A program made the translations under genes and the position numbers. Of a stretch of DNA of 64,000 nucleotides, positions 15,101 through 28,300 are shown in pieces (the stretch's first letter is position 1; every line of letters starts with the position of its first letter). The notes under the pieces are model-generated. The model was not told the DNA's origin. It made no database searches and worked only from the letters and a program-made list of their open reading frames with translations. Origin of the DNA: Eledone cirrhosa (lineage: Eukaryota); NCBI GenBank assembly GCA_964016885.1, contig OZ024748.1, forward strand, positions 33,666,001-33,730,000, written 5' to 3'.

Positions 15101-16476
15101 AGGGAATCAGTGGTGGTGGACATTAGGGAGAATGAATCAGTGGTGGTGGACATTAGCTGAAGTAAATCAGTGGTGGTGGGCATTAGGTGGAGTGCATCAG
15201 TGGTGGTGCAGATTAGGTGGAGTTAATCAGTTGTGGTGGACATTAGCTGGAGTAAATCAGTGGTGGTGTACATTAGGTGGGGTGAATCAGTGGTGGTGGA
15301 CATTAGGTGGAGTGGATCAGTGGTGGTGGACATTAGGTGGTGTGAATCAGTGGTGGTGTGGTGGAAATTAGGTGGAGTGAATCAGTGGTGGTGGACATTA
15401 GGTGGAGTCAATCAGTGCTGGTGTGGTGGACATTAGGTAGAGTGAATCATTGGTGGTGGACATTAGGTGGAGTGAATCAGTGGTGGTGGACATTAGGTGG
15501 AGTCAATCAGTGCTGGTGTGGTGGACATTAGGTAGAGTTAATCAGTGCTGGTGGACATTAGGTGGAGTGAATCATTGGTGGTGTGGTGTTGGACATTAGC
15601 TGGAGTGAATCAGTGCTGGGGTGGTGGACATTAGGTGGAGTTAATCAGTGGTGGTGGAAATTAGGTGCAGTGAATCAGTGGTGGTGTGGTGAACATGAGG
15701 TAGAGTGAATCATTGGTGGTGGACATTAGGTGGCGGGAATCAGTGGTGGTGGACATTTGCTGGAGTGAATCAGTGGTGGTGGACATTCGGTGGAGTGAAT
15801 CATTGGTGGTGGGCATGAGGTGGAGTGAATCAGTTGTGGTGGACATCAGGTGGGGTGAATCAGTGGTGGTGGACATTAGGTAGAGTGAATCAGTGGTGGT
15901 GGACATTTGCAGCAGTGAGTTAGTGGTGGTGGACATTAGGTGGAGTGAATCAGTGGTGGTGGACATTAGGCAGAGTGAATCAGTGGTGGTGGACATCAGG
16001 TAGAGTAAATCAGTGGTGGTGGACATTAGGTAGAGTGAATCAGTGGTGGTGGACATTAGGTAGAGTGAATCAGTGGTGGTGGACATTAGGCGCAGTGAAT
16101 CAGTGGTGGTGGACATCAAGTTGAGTAAATCAGTGGTGGTGGACATTAGCTGGAGTGAATCAGTGGTGCTGGACATTAGGTGGAGTGAATTGGTTGTGGT
16201 GGACATTGGCTAGAGCAAATCAGTGATGGTGGACATTAGTGGGAGTGAATCAGTGGTGGTGGACATTAGGAGGAGTGAATCAGTGGTGGTGGACATTAGG
16301 TGAACTGATACAGTGGTAGTGGACTTTAGGTTGACTGAATCAGTGGTGGTGGACATTAGCTGGAGTGAATCAGTGGTGGTTGACATTAGCTGAAGTGAAT
16401 CAGTGGTGGTGGACATTAGGTGGAATGAATCAGAGGTGGTGAGGTTGACATTAGGTGGAGTGAATCAGTGGTGTTG

Positions 16477-19400
16477 GACATTAGCTGAAGTGAATCAGTG
16501 TTGGTGGACATTAGCTGAAGTGAATCAGTGGTGGTGGACATAAGGTGGAATGAATCAGAGGTGGTGTGGTGGACATTAGGTGGAGTGAATCAGTTGTGGT
16601 GGACATAAGGTCGAGTTAATCAGTGGTGCTGGACTTTAGTTAGAGTGAATCAGTGGTGGTGGACATTAGCTGGAGTGAATCATTGGTGGTGGGCATGAGG
16701 TGGAGTGAATCAGTGGTGGTGGACATTAAGTGGAGTGAATCAGTGGTGCTGGACATTAGTTAGAGTGAATCAGTGGTGGTGGACATTAGCTGGAGTGATT
16801 CATTGGTGGTGGGCATGAGGTCGAGTGAATATGTTGTGGTGGACATTAGGTGGGGTGAATCAGTGGTGGTGGACATTAGGTAGAGTGAATCAGTGGTGGT
16901 GGACATTAGGTGGAGTGGATCAGTGGTGGTGGACATTAGGTGGTGTGAATCAGTGGTGGTGTGGTGGAAATTAAGTGGAGTGAATCAGTGGTGGTGGACA
17001 TTAGGTGGAGTCAATCAGTGGTGGTGTGGTGGACATTAGGTAGAGTGAATCATTGGTGGTGGACATTAGGTGGAGTGAATCAGTGGTGGTGGACATTAGG
17101 TGAAGTCAATCAGTGGTGGTGTGGTGGACATTAGGTAGAGTTAATCAGTGCTGGTGGACATTAGGTGGAGTGAATCAGTGGTGGTGGACATTAGGTGGAG
17201 TGAATTAGTTGCGGTGCGGTTGACATTAGGTAGTGTGAATCAGTGGTGGTGGACATTAGGTAGAAAGTAGGTGGTGTGAATCAGTGGTGGTGTGGTGTTC
17301 ATTAGTTGGAGTGAATCAGTAGTGGTGGACATTAGGTGGAGTGAATAATTGGTGGTGGAGATTAGGTGGAGTGAATTAGTGCTGGGGTGGTGGACATTAG
17401 GTGGAGTTAATCAGTGGTGGTGGACATTAGGTGGAGTGAATCAGTTGTGGTAGACATTAGCTGGAGTGAATCATTGGTGGTGGACATTAGGTGGAGTCAA
17501 TCAGTGGTGGTGTGGGGGACATTAGGTAGAGTGAATCATTGGTGGTGGACATTAGGTGGAGTGAATCAGTGCTGGGGTGGTGGACATTAGGTGAGGTGAA
17601 TTAGTGCTGGTGGACATTAGATAGAGTGAATCAGTGGTGGTGGACATTAGGTAGAGTGAATCAGTGGTGGTGGACATTAGGCATAGTGAATCATTGGTGG
17701 TGGACATTAGGTAGAGTAAATCAGTGGTGGTGGACATTAGCTGGAGTGAATCAGTGGTGGTTGACATTAGGTGGAGTGAATCAATGGTGTTGTGGTGAAC
17801 ATGAGGTAGAGTGAATCATTGGTTGTGGACATTAGGTGGAGTGCATCAGTGGTGGTGCAGATTAGGTGGAGTTAATCAGTTGTGGTGGACATTAGCTGGA
17901 GTGAATCATTGGTGGTCGACGTTAGGTGGAGTGAATCAGAGGTGGTGGACATTAGGTGGGGTGAATTAGTGCTGGTGGACATTAGCTGGAGTGAATCATT
18001 GGTGGTGGACGTTAGGTGGAGTGAATCAGAGGTGGTGGACATTAGGTGGGGTGTATCAGTGGTGGTGGACATTAAGTAGAGTGAATCAGTGGTGGTGGAC
18101 ATTAGGTGGAGTGGATCAGTGGTGGTGGACATTAGGTGGAGTGAATCAATGGTGTTGTGGTGAACATGAGGTAGAGTGAATCATTGGTTGTGGACATTAG
18201 GTGGAGGGAATCAGTGGTGGTGTGGTGGACATTAGGTGGAGTGAATCAGTGGTGGTGTGGTGGACATTAGCTGAAGTGAATCATTGGTTGTGGACATTAG
18301 GTGGAGGGAATCAGTGGTGGTGGGCATTAGGTGGTGTGAATCAGTGGTGGTGTGGTGGAAATTAGGTGGAGTGAATCAGTGGTGGTGGACATTAGGTGGA
18401 GTGAATCAGTGGTGGTGGACATTAGGTGGAGTGAATCAATGGTGTTGTGGTGAACATGAGGTAGAGTGAATCATTGGTTGTGGACATTAGGTGGAGGGAA
18501 TCAGTGGTGGTGGACATTAGCTGAAGTGAATCATTGGTTGTGGACATTAGGTGGAGTCAATCAGTGCTGGTGTGGTGGACATTAGGTGGAGTGAATCAGT
18601 GGTGGTGGACATTAGGAAGAGTGAATCAGTGGTGGTGGACATTAGGTGGAGTCAATCAGTGGTGGTGTGGTGGACATTAGGTAGAGTTAATCAGTGCTGG
18701 TGGACATTAGGTGGAGTGAATCAATGGTGGTGAACATTAGCTGGAGTGAATCAGTGGTGGTGGACATTAGCTGGAGTGAATCAGTAGTGGGGAGGCAGAT
18801 ATTAGGTGGAGTTAATCAGTGGTGGTGGACATTAGGTGGAGGGAATCAGTGGTGGTGGACATTAGGTGGAGGGAATCAGTGGTGGTGGACATTAGGTGGA
18901 GGGAATCAGTGGTGGTGGACATTAGGGAGAATGAATCAGTGGTGGTGGACATTAGCTGAAGTGAATCAGTGGTGGTGGGCATTAGGTGGAGTGCATCAGT
19001 GGTGGTGCAGATTAGGTGGAGTAAATCAGTGGTGGTGTACATTAGCTGGAGTGAATCATTGGTGGTGGACGTTAGGTGGAGTGAATCAGAGGTGGTGGAC
19101 ATTAGGTGGGGTGAATCAGTGGTGGTGGACATTAGGGGGAGTGGATCAGTGGTGGTGGACATTAGGTGGTGTGAATCAGTGGTGGTGTGGTGGAAATTAG
19201 GTGGAGTGAATCAGTGGTGGTGGACATTAGGTGGAGTCAATCAGTGCTGGTGTGGTGGACATTAGGTAGAGTGAATCATTGGTGGTGGACATTAGGTGGA
19301 GTGAATCAGTGGTGGTGGACATTAGGTGGAGTCAATCAGTGCTGGTGTGGTGGACATTAGGTAGAGTTAATCAGTGCTGGTGGACATTAGGTGGAGTGAA

Positions 19401-22400
19401 TCATTGGTGGTGTGGTGTTGGACATTAGCTGGAGTGAATCAGTGCTGGGGTGGTGGACATTAGGTGGAGTTAATCAGTGGTGGTGGAAATTAGGTGCAGT
19501 GAATCAGTGGTGGTGTGGTGAACATGAGGTAGAGTGAATCATTGGTGGTGGACATTAGGTGGCGGGAATCAGTGGTGGTGGACATTGGGTAGAGTGAATC
19601 AGTGGTGGTGGACATTTGCTGGAGTGAATCAGTGGTGGTGGACATTCGGTGGAGTGAATCATTGGTGGTGGGCATGAGGTGGAGTGAATCAGTTGTGGTG
19701 GACATCAGGTGGGGTGAATCAGTGGTGGTGGACATTAGGTAGAGTGAATCAGTGGTGGTGGACATTTGCAGCAGTGAGTTAGTGGTGGTGGACATTAGGT
19801 GGAGTGAATCAGTGGTGGTGGACATTAGGCAGAGTGAATCAGTGGTGGTGGACATCAGGTAGAGTAAATCAGTGGTGGTGGACATTAGGTAGAGTGAATC
19901 AGTGGTGGTGGACATTAGGTAGAGTGAATCAGTGGTGGTGGACATTAGGTAGAGTGAATCAGTGGTGGTGGACATTAGGCGCAGTGAATCAGTGGTGGTG
20001 GACATCAAGTTGAGTAAATCAGTGGTGGTGGACATTAGCTGGAGTGAATCAGTGGTGCTGGACATTAGGTGGAGTGAATTGGTTGTGGTGGACATTGGCT
20101 AGAGCAAATCAGTGATGGTGGACATTAGTGGGAGTGAATCAGTGGTGGTGGACATTAGGAGGAGTGAATCAGTGGTGGTGGACATTAGGTGAACTGATAC
20201 AGTGGTAGTGGACTTTAGGTTGACTGAATCAGTGGTGGTGGACATTAGCTGGAGTGAATCAGTGGTGGTTGACATTAGGTGGAGTGAATCAATGGTGTTG
20301 TGGTGAACTTGAGGTAGAGTGAATCATTGGTGGTGGACATTAGGTGGAGGGAATCAGTGGTGGTGGAAATTAGGGAGAATGAATCAGTGGTGGTGGACAT
20401 TAGCTGAAGTGAATCAGTGGTGGTGGACATTAGGTGGAATGAATCAGAGGTGGTGAGGTTGACATTAGGTGGAGTGAATCAGTGGTGTTGGACATTAGCT
20501 GAAGTGAATCAGTGTTGGTGGACATTAGCTGAAGTGAATCAGTGGTGGTGGACATAAGGTGGAATGAATCAGAGGTGGTGTGGTGGACATTAGGTGGAGT
20601 GAATCAGTTGTGGTGGACATAAGGTCGAGTTAATCAGTGGTGCTGGACTTTAGTTAGAGTGAATCAGTGGTGGTGGACATTAGCTGGAGTGAATCATTGG
20701 TGGTGGGCATGAGGTGGAGTGAATCAGTGGTGGTGGACATTAAGTGGAGTGAATCAGTGGTGCTGGACATTAGTTAGAGTGAATCAGTGGTGGTGGACAT
20801 TAGCTGGAGTGATTCATTGGTGGTGGGCATGAGGTCGAGTGAATATGTTGTGGTGGACATTAGGTGGGGTGAATCAGTGGTGGTGTGGTGTTCATTAGTT
20901 GGAGTGAATCAGTAGTGGTGGACATTAGCTGAAGTGAATCAGTGTTGGTGGACATTAGCTGAAGTGAATCAGTGGTGGTGGACATAAGGTGGAATGAATC
21001 AGAGGTGGTGTGGTGGACATTAGGTGGAGTGAATCAGTTGTGGTGGACATAAGGTCGAGTTAATCAGTGGTGCTGGACTTTAGTTAGAGTGAATCAGTGG
21101 TGGTGGACATTAGCTGGAGTGAATCATTGGTGGTGGGCATGAGGTGGAGTGAATCAGTGGTGGTGGACATTAAGTGGAGTGAATCAGTGGTGCTGGACAT
21201 TAGTTAGAGTGAATCAGTGGTGGTGGACATTAGCTGGAGTGATTCATTGGTGGTGGGCATGAGGTCGAGTGAATATGTTGTGGTGGACATTAGGTGGGGT
21301 GAATCAGTGGTGGTGGACATTAGGTAGAGTGAATCAGTGGTGGTGGACATTAGGTGGAGTGGATCAGTGGTGGTGGACATTAGGTGGTGTGAATCAGTGG
21401 TGGTGTGGTGGAAATTAAGTGGAGTGAATCAGTGGTGGTGGACATTAGGTGGAGTCAATCAGTGGTGGTGTGGTGGACATTAGGTAGAGTGAATCATTGG
21501 TGGTGGACATTAGGTGGAGTGAATCAGTGGTGGTGGACATTAGGTGAAGTCAATCAGTGGTGGTGTGGTGGACATTAGGTAGAGTTAATCAGTGCTGGTG
21601 GACATTAGGTGGAGTGAATCAGTGGTGGTGGACATTAGGTGGAGTGAATTAGTTGCGGTGCGGTTGACATTAGGTAGTGTGAATCAGTGGTGGTGGACAT
21701 TAGGTAGAAAGTAGGTGGTGTGAATCAGTGGTGGTGTGGTGTTCATTAGTTGGAGTGAATCAGTAGTGGTGGACATTAGGTGGAGTGAATAATTGGTGGT
21801 GGAGATTAGGTGGAGTGAATTAGTGCTGGGGTGGTGGACATTAGGTGGAGTTAATCAGTGGTGGTGGACATTAGGTGGAGTGAATCAGTTGTGGTAGACA
21901 TTAGCTGGAGTGAATCATTGGTGGTGGACATTAGGTGGAGTCAATCAGTGGTGGTGTGGGGGACATTAGGTAGAGTGAATCATTGGTGGTGGACATTAGG
22001 TGGAGTGAATCAGTGCTGGGGTGGTGGACATTAGGTGAGGTGAATTAGTGCTGGTGGACATTAGATAGAGTGAATCAGTGGTGGTGGACATTAGGTAGAG
22101 TGAATCAGTGGTGGTGGACATTAGGCATAGTGAATCATTGGTGGTGGACATTAGGTAGAGTAAATCAGTGGTGGTGGACATTAGCTGGAGTGAATCAGTG
22201 GTGGTTGACATTAGGTGGAGTGAATCAATGGTGTTGTGGTGAACATGAGGTAGAGTGAATCATTGGTTGTGGACATTAGGTGGAGTGCATCAGTGGTGGT
22301 GCAGATTAGGTGGAGTTAATCAGTTGTGGTGGACATTAGCTGGAGTGAATCATTGGTGGTCGACGTTAGGTGGAGTGAATCAGAGGTGGTGGACATTAGG

Positions 22401-25372
22401 TGGGGTGAATTAGTGCTGGTGGACATTAGCTGGAGTGAATCATTGGTGGTGGACGTTAGGTGGAGTGAATCAGAGGTGGTGGACATTAGGTGGGGTGTAT
22501 CAGTGGTGGTGGACATTAAGTAGAGTGAATCAGTGGTGGTGGACATTAGGTGGAGTGGATCAGTGGTGGTGGACATTAGGTGGAGTGAATCAATGGTGTT
22601 GTGGTGAACATGAGGTAGAGTGAATCATTGGTTGTGGACATTAGGTGGAGGGAATCAGTGGTGGTGTGGTGGACATTAGGTGGAGTGAATCAGTGGTGGT
22701 GTGGTGGACATTAGCTGAAGTGAATCATTGGTTGTGGACATTAGGTGGAGGGAATCAGTGGTGGTGGGCATTAGGTGGTGTGAATCAGTGGTGGTGTGGT
22801 GGAAATTAGGTGGAGTGAATCAGTGGTGGTGGACATTAGGTGGAGTGAATCAGTGGTGGTGGACATTAGGTGGAGTGAATCAATGGTGTTGTGGTGAACA
22901 TGAGGTAGAGTGAATCATTGGTTGTGGACATTAGGTGGAGGGAATCAGTGGTGGTGGACATTAGCTGAAGTGAATCATTGGTTGTGGACATTAGGTGGAG
23001 TCAATCAGTGCTGGTGTGGTGGACATTAGGTGGAGTGAATCAGTGGTGGTGGACATTAGGAAGAGTGAATCAGTGGTGGTGGACATTAGGTGGAGTCAAT
23101 CAGTGGTGGTGTGGTGGACATTAGGTAGAGTTAATCAGTGCTGGTGGACATTAGGTGGAGTGAATCATTGGTGGTGAACATTAGCTGGAGTGAATCAGTG
23201 GTGGTGGACATTAGCTGGAGTGAATCAGTAGTGGGGAGGCAGATATTAGGTGGAGTTAATCAGTGGTGGTGGACATTAGGTGGAGGGAATCAGTGGTGGT
23301 GGACATTAGGTGGAGGGAATCAGTGGTGGTGGACATTAGGTGGAGGGAATCAGTGGTGGTGGACATTAGGGAGAATGAATCAGTGGTGGTGGACATTAGC
23401 TGAAGTGAATCAGTGGTGGTGGGCATTAGGTGGAGTGCATCAGTGGTGGTGCAGATTAGGTGGAGTAAATCAGTGGTGGTGTACATTAGCTGGAGTGAAT
23501 CATTGGTGGTGGACGTTAGGTGGAGTGAATCAGAGGTGGTGGACATTAGGTGGGGTGAATCAGTGGTGGTGGACATTAGGTGGAGTGGATCAGTGGTGGT
23601 GGACATTAGGTGGTGTGAATCAGTGGTGGTGTGGTGGAAATTAGGTGGAGTGAATCAGTGGTGGTGGACATTAGGTGGAGTCAATCAGTGCTGGTGTGGT
23701 GGACATTAGGTAGAGTGAATCATTGGTGGTGGACATTAGGTGGAGTGAATCAGTGGTGGTGGACATTAGGTGGAGTCAATCAGTGCTGGTGTGGTGGACA
23801 TTAGGTAGAGTTAATCAGTGCTGGTGGACATTAGGTGGAGTGAATCATTGGTGGTGTGGTGTTGGACATTAGCTGGAGTGAATCAGTGCTGGGGTGGTGG
23901 ACATTAGGTGGAGTTAATCAGTGGTGGTGGAAATTAGGTGCAGTGAATCAGTGGTGGTGTGGTGAACATGAGGTAGAGTGAATCATTGGTGGTGGACATT
24001 AGGTGGCGGGAATCAGTGGTGGTGGACATTGGGTAGAGTGAATCAGTGGTGGTGGACATTTGCTGGAGTGAATCAGTGGTGGTGGACATTCGGTGGAGTG
24101 AATCATTGGTGGTGGGCATGAGGTGGAGTGAATCAGTTGTGGTGGACATCAGGTGGGGTGAATCAGTGGTGGTGGACATTAGGTAGAGTGAATCAGTGGT
24201 GGTGGACATTTGCAGCAGTGAGTTAGTGGTGGTGGACATTAGGTGGAGTGAATCAGTGGTGGTGGACATTAGGCAGAGTGAATCAGTGGTGGTGGACATC
24301 AGGTAGAGTAAATCAGTGGTGGTGGACATTAGGTAGAGTGAATCAGTGGTGGTGGACATTAGGTAGAGTGAATCAGTGGTGGTGGACATTAGGTAGAGTG
24401 AATCAGTGGTGGTGGACATTAGGCGCAGTGAATCAGTGGTGGTGGACATCAAGTTGAGTAAATCAGTGGTGGTGGACATTAGCTGGAGTGAATCAGTGGT
24501 GCTGGACATTAGGTGGAGTGAATTGGTTGTGGTGGACATTGGCTAGAGCAAATCAGTGATGGTGGACATTAGTGGGAGTGAATCAGTGGTGGTGGACATT
24601 AGGAGGAGTGAATCAGTGGTGGTGGACATTAGGTGAACTGATACAGTGGTAGTGGACTTTAGGTTGACTGAATCAGTGGTGGTGGACATTAGCTGGAGTG
24701 AATCAGTGGTGGTTGACATTAGGTGGAGTGAATCAATGGTGTTGTGGTGAACTTGAGGTAGAGTGAATCATTGGTGGTGGACATTAGGTGGAGGGAATCA
24801 GTGGTGGTGGAAATTAGGGAGAATGAATCAGTGGTGGTGGACATTAGCTGAAGTGAATCAGTGGTGGTGGACATTAGGTGGAATGAATCAGAGGTGGTGA
24901 GGTTGACATTAGGTGGAGTGAATCAGTGGTGGTGGACATTAGCTGAAGTGAATCAGTGTTGGTGGACATTAGCTGAAGTGAATCAGTGGTGGTGGACATA
25001 AGGTGGAATGAATCAGAGGTGGTGTGGTGGACATTAGGTGGAGTGAATCAGTTGTGGTGGACATAAGGTCGAGTTAATCAGTGGTGCTGGACTTTAGTTA
25101 GAGTGAATCAGTGGTGGTGGACATTAGCTGGAGTGAATCATTGGTGGTGGGCATGAGGTGGAGTGAATCAGTGGTGGTGGACATTAAGTGGAGTGAATCA
25201 GTGGTGCTGGACATTAGTTAGAGTGAATCAGTGGTGGTGGACATTAGCTGGAGTGATTCATTGGTGGTGGGCATGAGGTCGAGTGAATATGTTGTGGTGG
25301 ACATTAGGTGGGGTGAATCAGTGGTGGTGTGGTGTTCATTAGTTGGAGTGAATCAGTAGTGGTGGACATTAG
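16477..25372 (+). repeat. 4444-bp tandem duplication (2 copies), with a more diverged related copy at about 12940-16870
   Basis: Rare variants (TAGAAAGTAGG, GAATATGTTG, GAACTGATACAG, TTTGCAGCAGTGAGTTAG) recur between the copies. The ORF pairs 17552/21996, 18694/23138 and 19490/23934 are offset by exactly 4444. Confidence 0.92.
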
Positions 25373-28300
25373 GTGGAGTGAATAATTGGTGGTGGAGATT
25401 AGGTGGAGTGAATTAGTGCTGGGGTGGTGGACATTAGGTGGAGTTAATCAGTGGTGGTGGACATTAGGTGGAGTGAATCAGTTGTGGTAGACATTAGCTG
25501 GAGTGAATCATTGGTGGTGGACATTAGGTGGAGTGAATCAGTGGTGGTGGACATTAGGTGGGGTGAATCAGTGGTGGTGGACATTAGGTAGAGTGAATCA
25601 GTGGTGGTGGACATTAGGTGGAGTGGATCAGTGGTGGTGGACATTAGGTGGTGTGAATCAGTGGTGGTGTGGTGGAAATTAGGTGGAGAGAATCAGTGGT
25701 GGTGGACATTAGGTGGAGTCAATCAGTGGTGGTGTGGTGAACATGAGGTAGAGTGAATCATTGGTGGTGGACATTAGGTGGAGTGAATCAGTGGTGGTGG
25801 ACATTAGGTGGTGTGAATCAGTGGTGGTGGACATTAGGTGGTGTGAATCAGTGGTGGTGTGGTGGAAATTAAGTGGAGTGAATCAGTGGTGGTGGACATT
25901 AGGTGGAGTCAATCAGTGGTGGTGTGGTGGACATTAGGTAGAGTGAATCATTGGTGGTGGACATTAGGTGGAGTGAATCAGTGGTAGTGGACATTAGGTG
26001 GAGTCAATCTGTGGTGGTGTGGTGGACATTAGGTAGAGTGAATCATTGGTGGTGGTCATTAGGTGGAGTGAATCAGTGCTGGGGTGGTGGACATTAGGTG
26101 GAGTGAATTAGAGGTGGTGGACATTAAGTAGAGTGAATCATTGGTGGTGGTCATTAGGTGGAGTGAATCAGTGCTGGGGTGGTGGACATTAGGTAGAGTG
26201 AATCAGTGGTGGTGGACATTAAGTAGAGTGAATCAGTGGTGGTGGACATTAGGTGGAGTCAATCAGTGGTGGTGTCGTGGAGATTAGGGAGAGTGAATCA
26301 TTCGTGCTGGATATTAGGAGGAGTGAATCAGTGGTGGTGGACATTAGGAGGAGTGAATCAGTGGTGGTGGACATTAGGGGGAGTGAATCAGTGGTGGTGG
26401 ACGTTAGGTAGAGTGAATCAGTGGTGGTGTGGTTGACATTAGCTGGAGTGAATTATTGGTGGTGGACATTAAGTAGAGTGAATCAGTGGTGGTGGACATT
26501 AGGTGGAGTGAATCAGTAATGGTGGACATCAGGTGGAGTGAATCAGTGGTGGTGGACATTAGGTGGAGTGAATCAGTGGTGGTGGACATTAGGTGGATTG
26601 AATCAGTGGTGGTGGACATTAGGGGGAGTGAATCAGTGGTGGTGGACGTTAGGTAGAGTGAATCAGTGGTGGTGGACATTAGATGGAGTGAATCAGTGGT
26701 GGAGTGTTGGTGGACATTAGGTGGAGTGAATCAGTGGTGGTGGACATTAGGTGGAGTCTATCAGTGGTGGTGTGGTGGAGATTAGGGAGAGTGAATCATT
26801 GGTGGTGGACATTAGGTGGAGTTAATCAGTGGTGGTGGACATTAGGTGGAGTGAATCAGTTGTGGTAGACATTAGCTCGAGTGAATCATTGGTGGTGGAC
26901 ATTAGGTGGAGTGAATCAGTGGTGGTGTGGTTGACATTAGGTGGAGTGAATCAGTGTCGGAGGAGATTAGGTGAAGTGAATCAGTGGTGGTGGAGATTAG
27001 GTGGAGTGTATCAGTGGTGGTGTGGTGGACATTAGTTGGAGTGAATCAGTGGTAGTGGACATCAGGTACTGTCAATCAGTGGCGGTGGACATTAGGTGGA
27101 GTGAATCATTGGTGGTGGACATTAGGTGGAGTGAATCCGTGTTGGGGTGGTGGACATTAGGTGGAGTGAATCAGTGCTGGGGTGGTGGTCATTAGGTGGA
27201 GTGAATTAGTGGTGGTAGACATTAGATAGAGTGAATCAGTGGTGGTGGACATTAGGTGGACTGAATTAGTGGTGGTGGACATTAGGTGGAGTGAATCAGT
27301 GGTGGTGGACATTAGGTGGAGTGAACTATTGGCGGTTTGGTTGACATTAGGTGGAGTGAATCAGTGGTCGTGGACATTAGATGGAGGTAATCAGTGGTGG
27401 TGGACATTAAGTAGAGTGAATCAGTGGTAGTGGAGATTAGGTGGAGTGAATCAGTGGTCGTGGACATTAGGTGGAGTGAATCAGTGGTGGTGGACATTAA
27501 GTAGAGTGAATCAGTGGTAGTGGAGATTAGGTGGAGTGAATCAGTGGTGGTGGACATTAGGTGGAGTGAACTATTGGCGGTTTGGTTGACATTAGGTGGA
27601 GTGAATCAGTGGTCGTGGACATTAGATGGAGTGAATCAGTGGTGGTGGACATTAAGTAGAGTGAATCAGTGGTAGTGGAGATTAGGTGGAGTGAATCAGT
27701 GGTGGTGGACATTAGGTGGAGTGAACTATTGGCGGTTTGGTTGACATTAGGTGGAGTGAATCAGTGGTCGTGGACATTAGATGGAGTGAATCAGTGGTGG
27801 TGGACATTAAGTAGAGTGAATCAGTGGTAGTGGAGATTAGGTGGAGTGAATCAGTGGTGGTGGACATTAGGTGGAGTGAATCAGTGGTCGTGGACATTAG
27901 GTGGAGTGAATCAGTGGTGGTGGACATTAGGTGGAGTGAATCAGTGGTGGTGGACATTAAGTAGAGTAAATCAGTGGTAGTGGAGATTAGGTGGAGTGAA
28001 TCAGTGGTGGTGGACATTAGGTGGAGTGAACTATTGGCGGTTTGGTTGACATTAGGTGGAGTGAATCAGTGGTGGTGGACATTAGGTAGAATATAGGTGG
28101 TGTGAATCAGTGGTGGTGTGGTGGTGGACATAAGGTGGAGTGAATCAGTGGAGGTGGACATTAGGAGGAGTGAATCAGTGGTGGTGGACATTAAATGGAG
28201 TGAATCAGTGGTGGTGGACATTAGGTAGAGTGAATCAGTGGTGGTGGACATTAGGTAGAGTGAATCAGTGGTGGTGTGGTTGACATTAGTTGGAGTGAAT

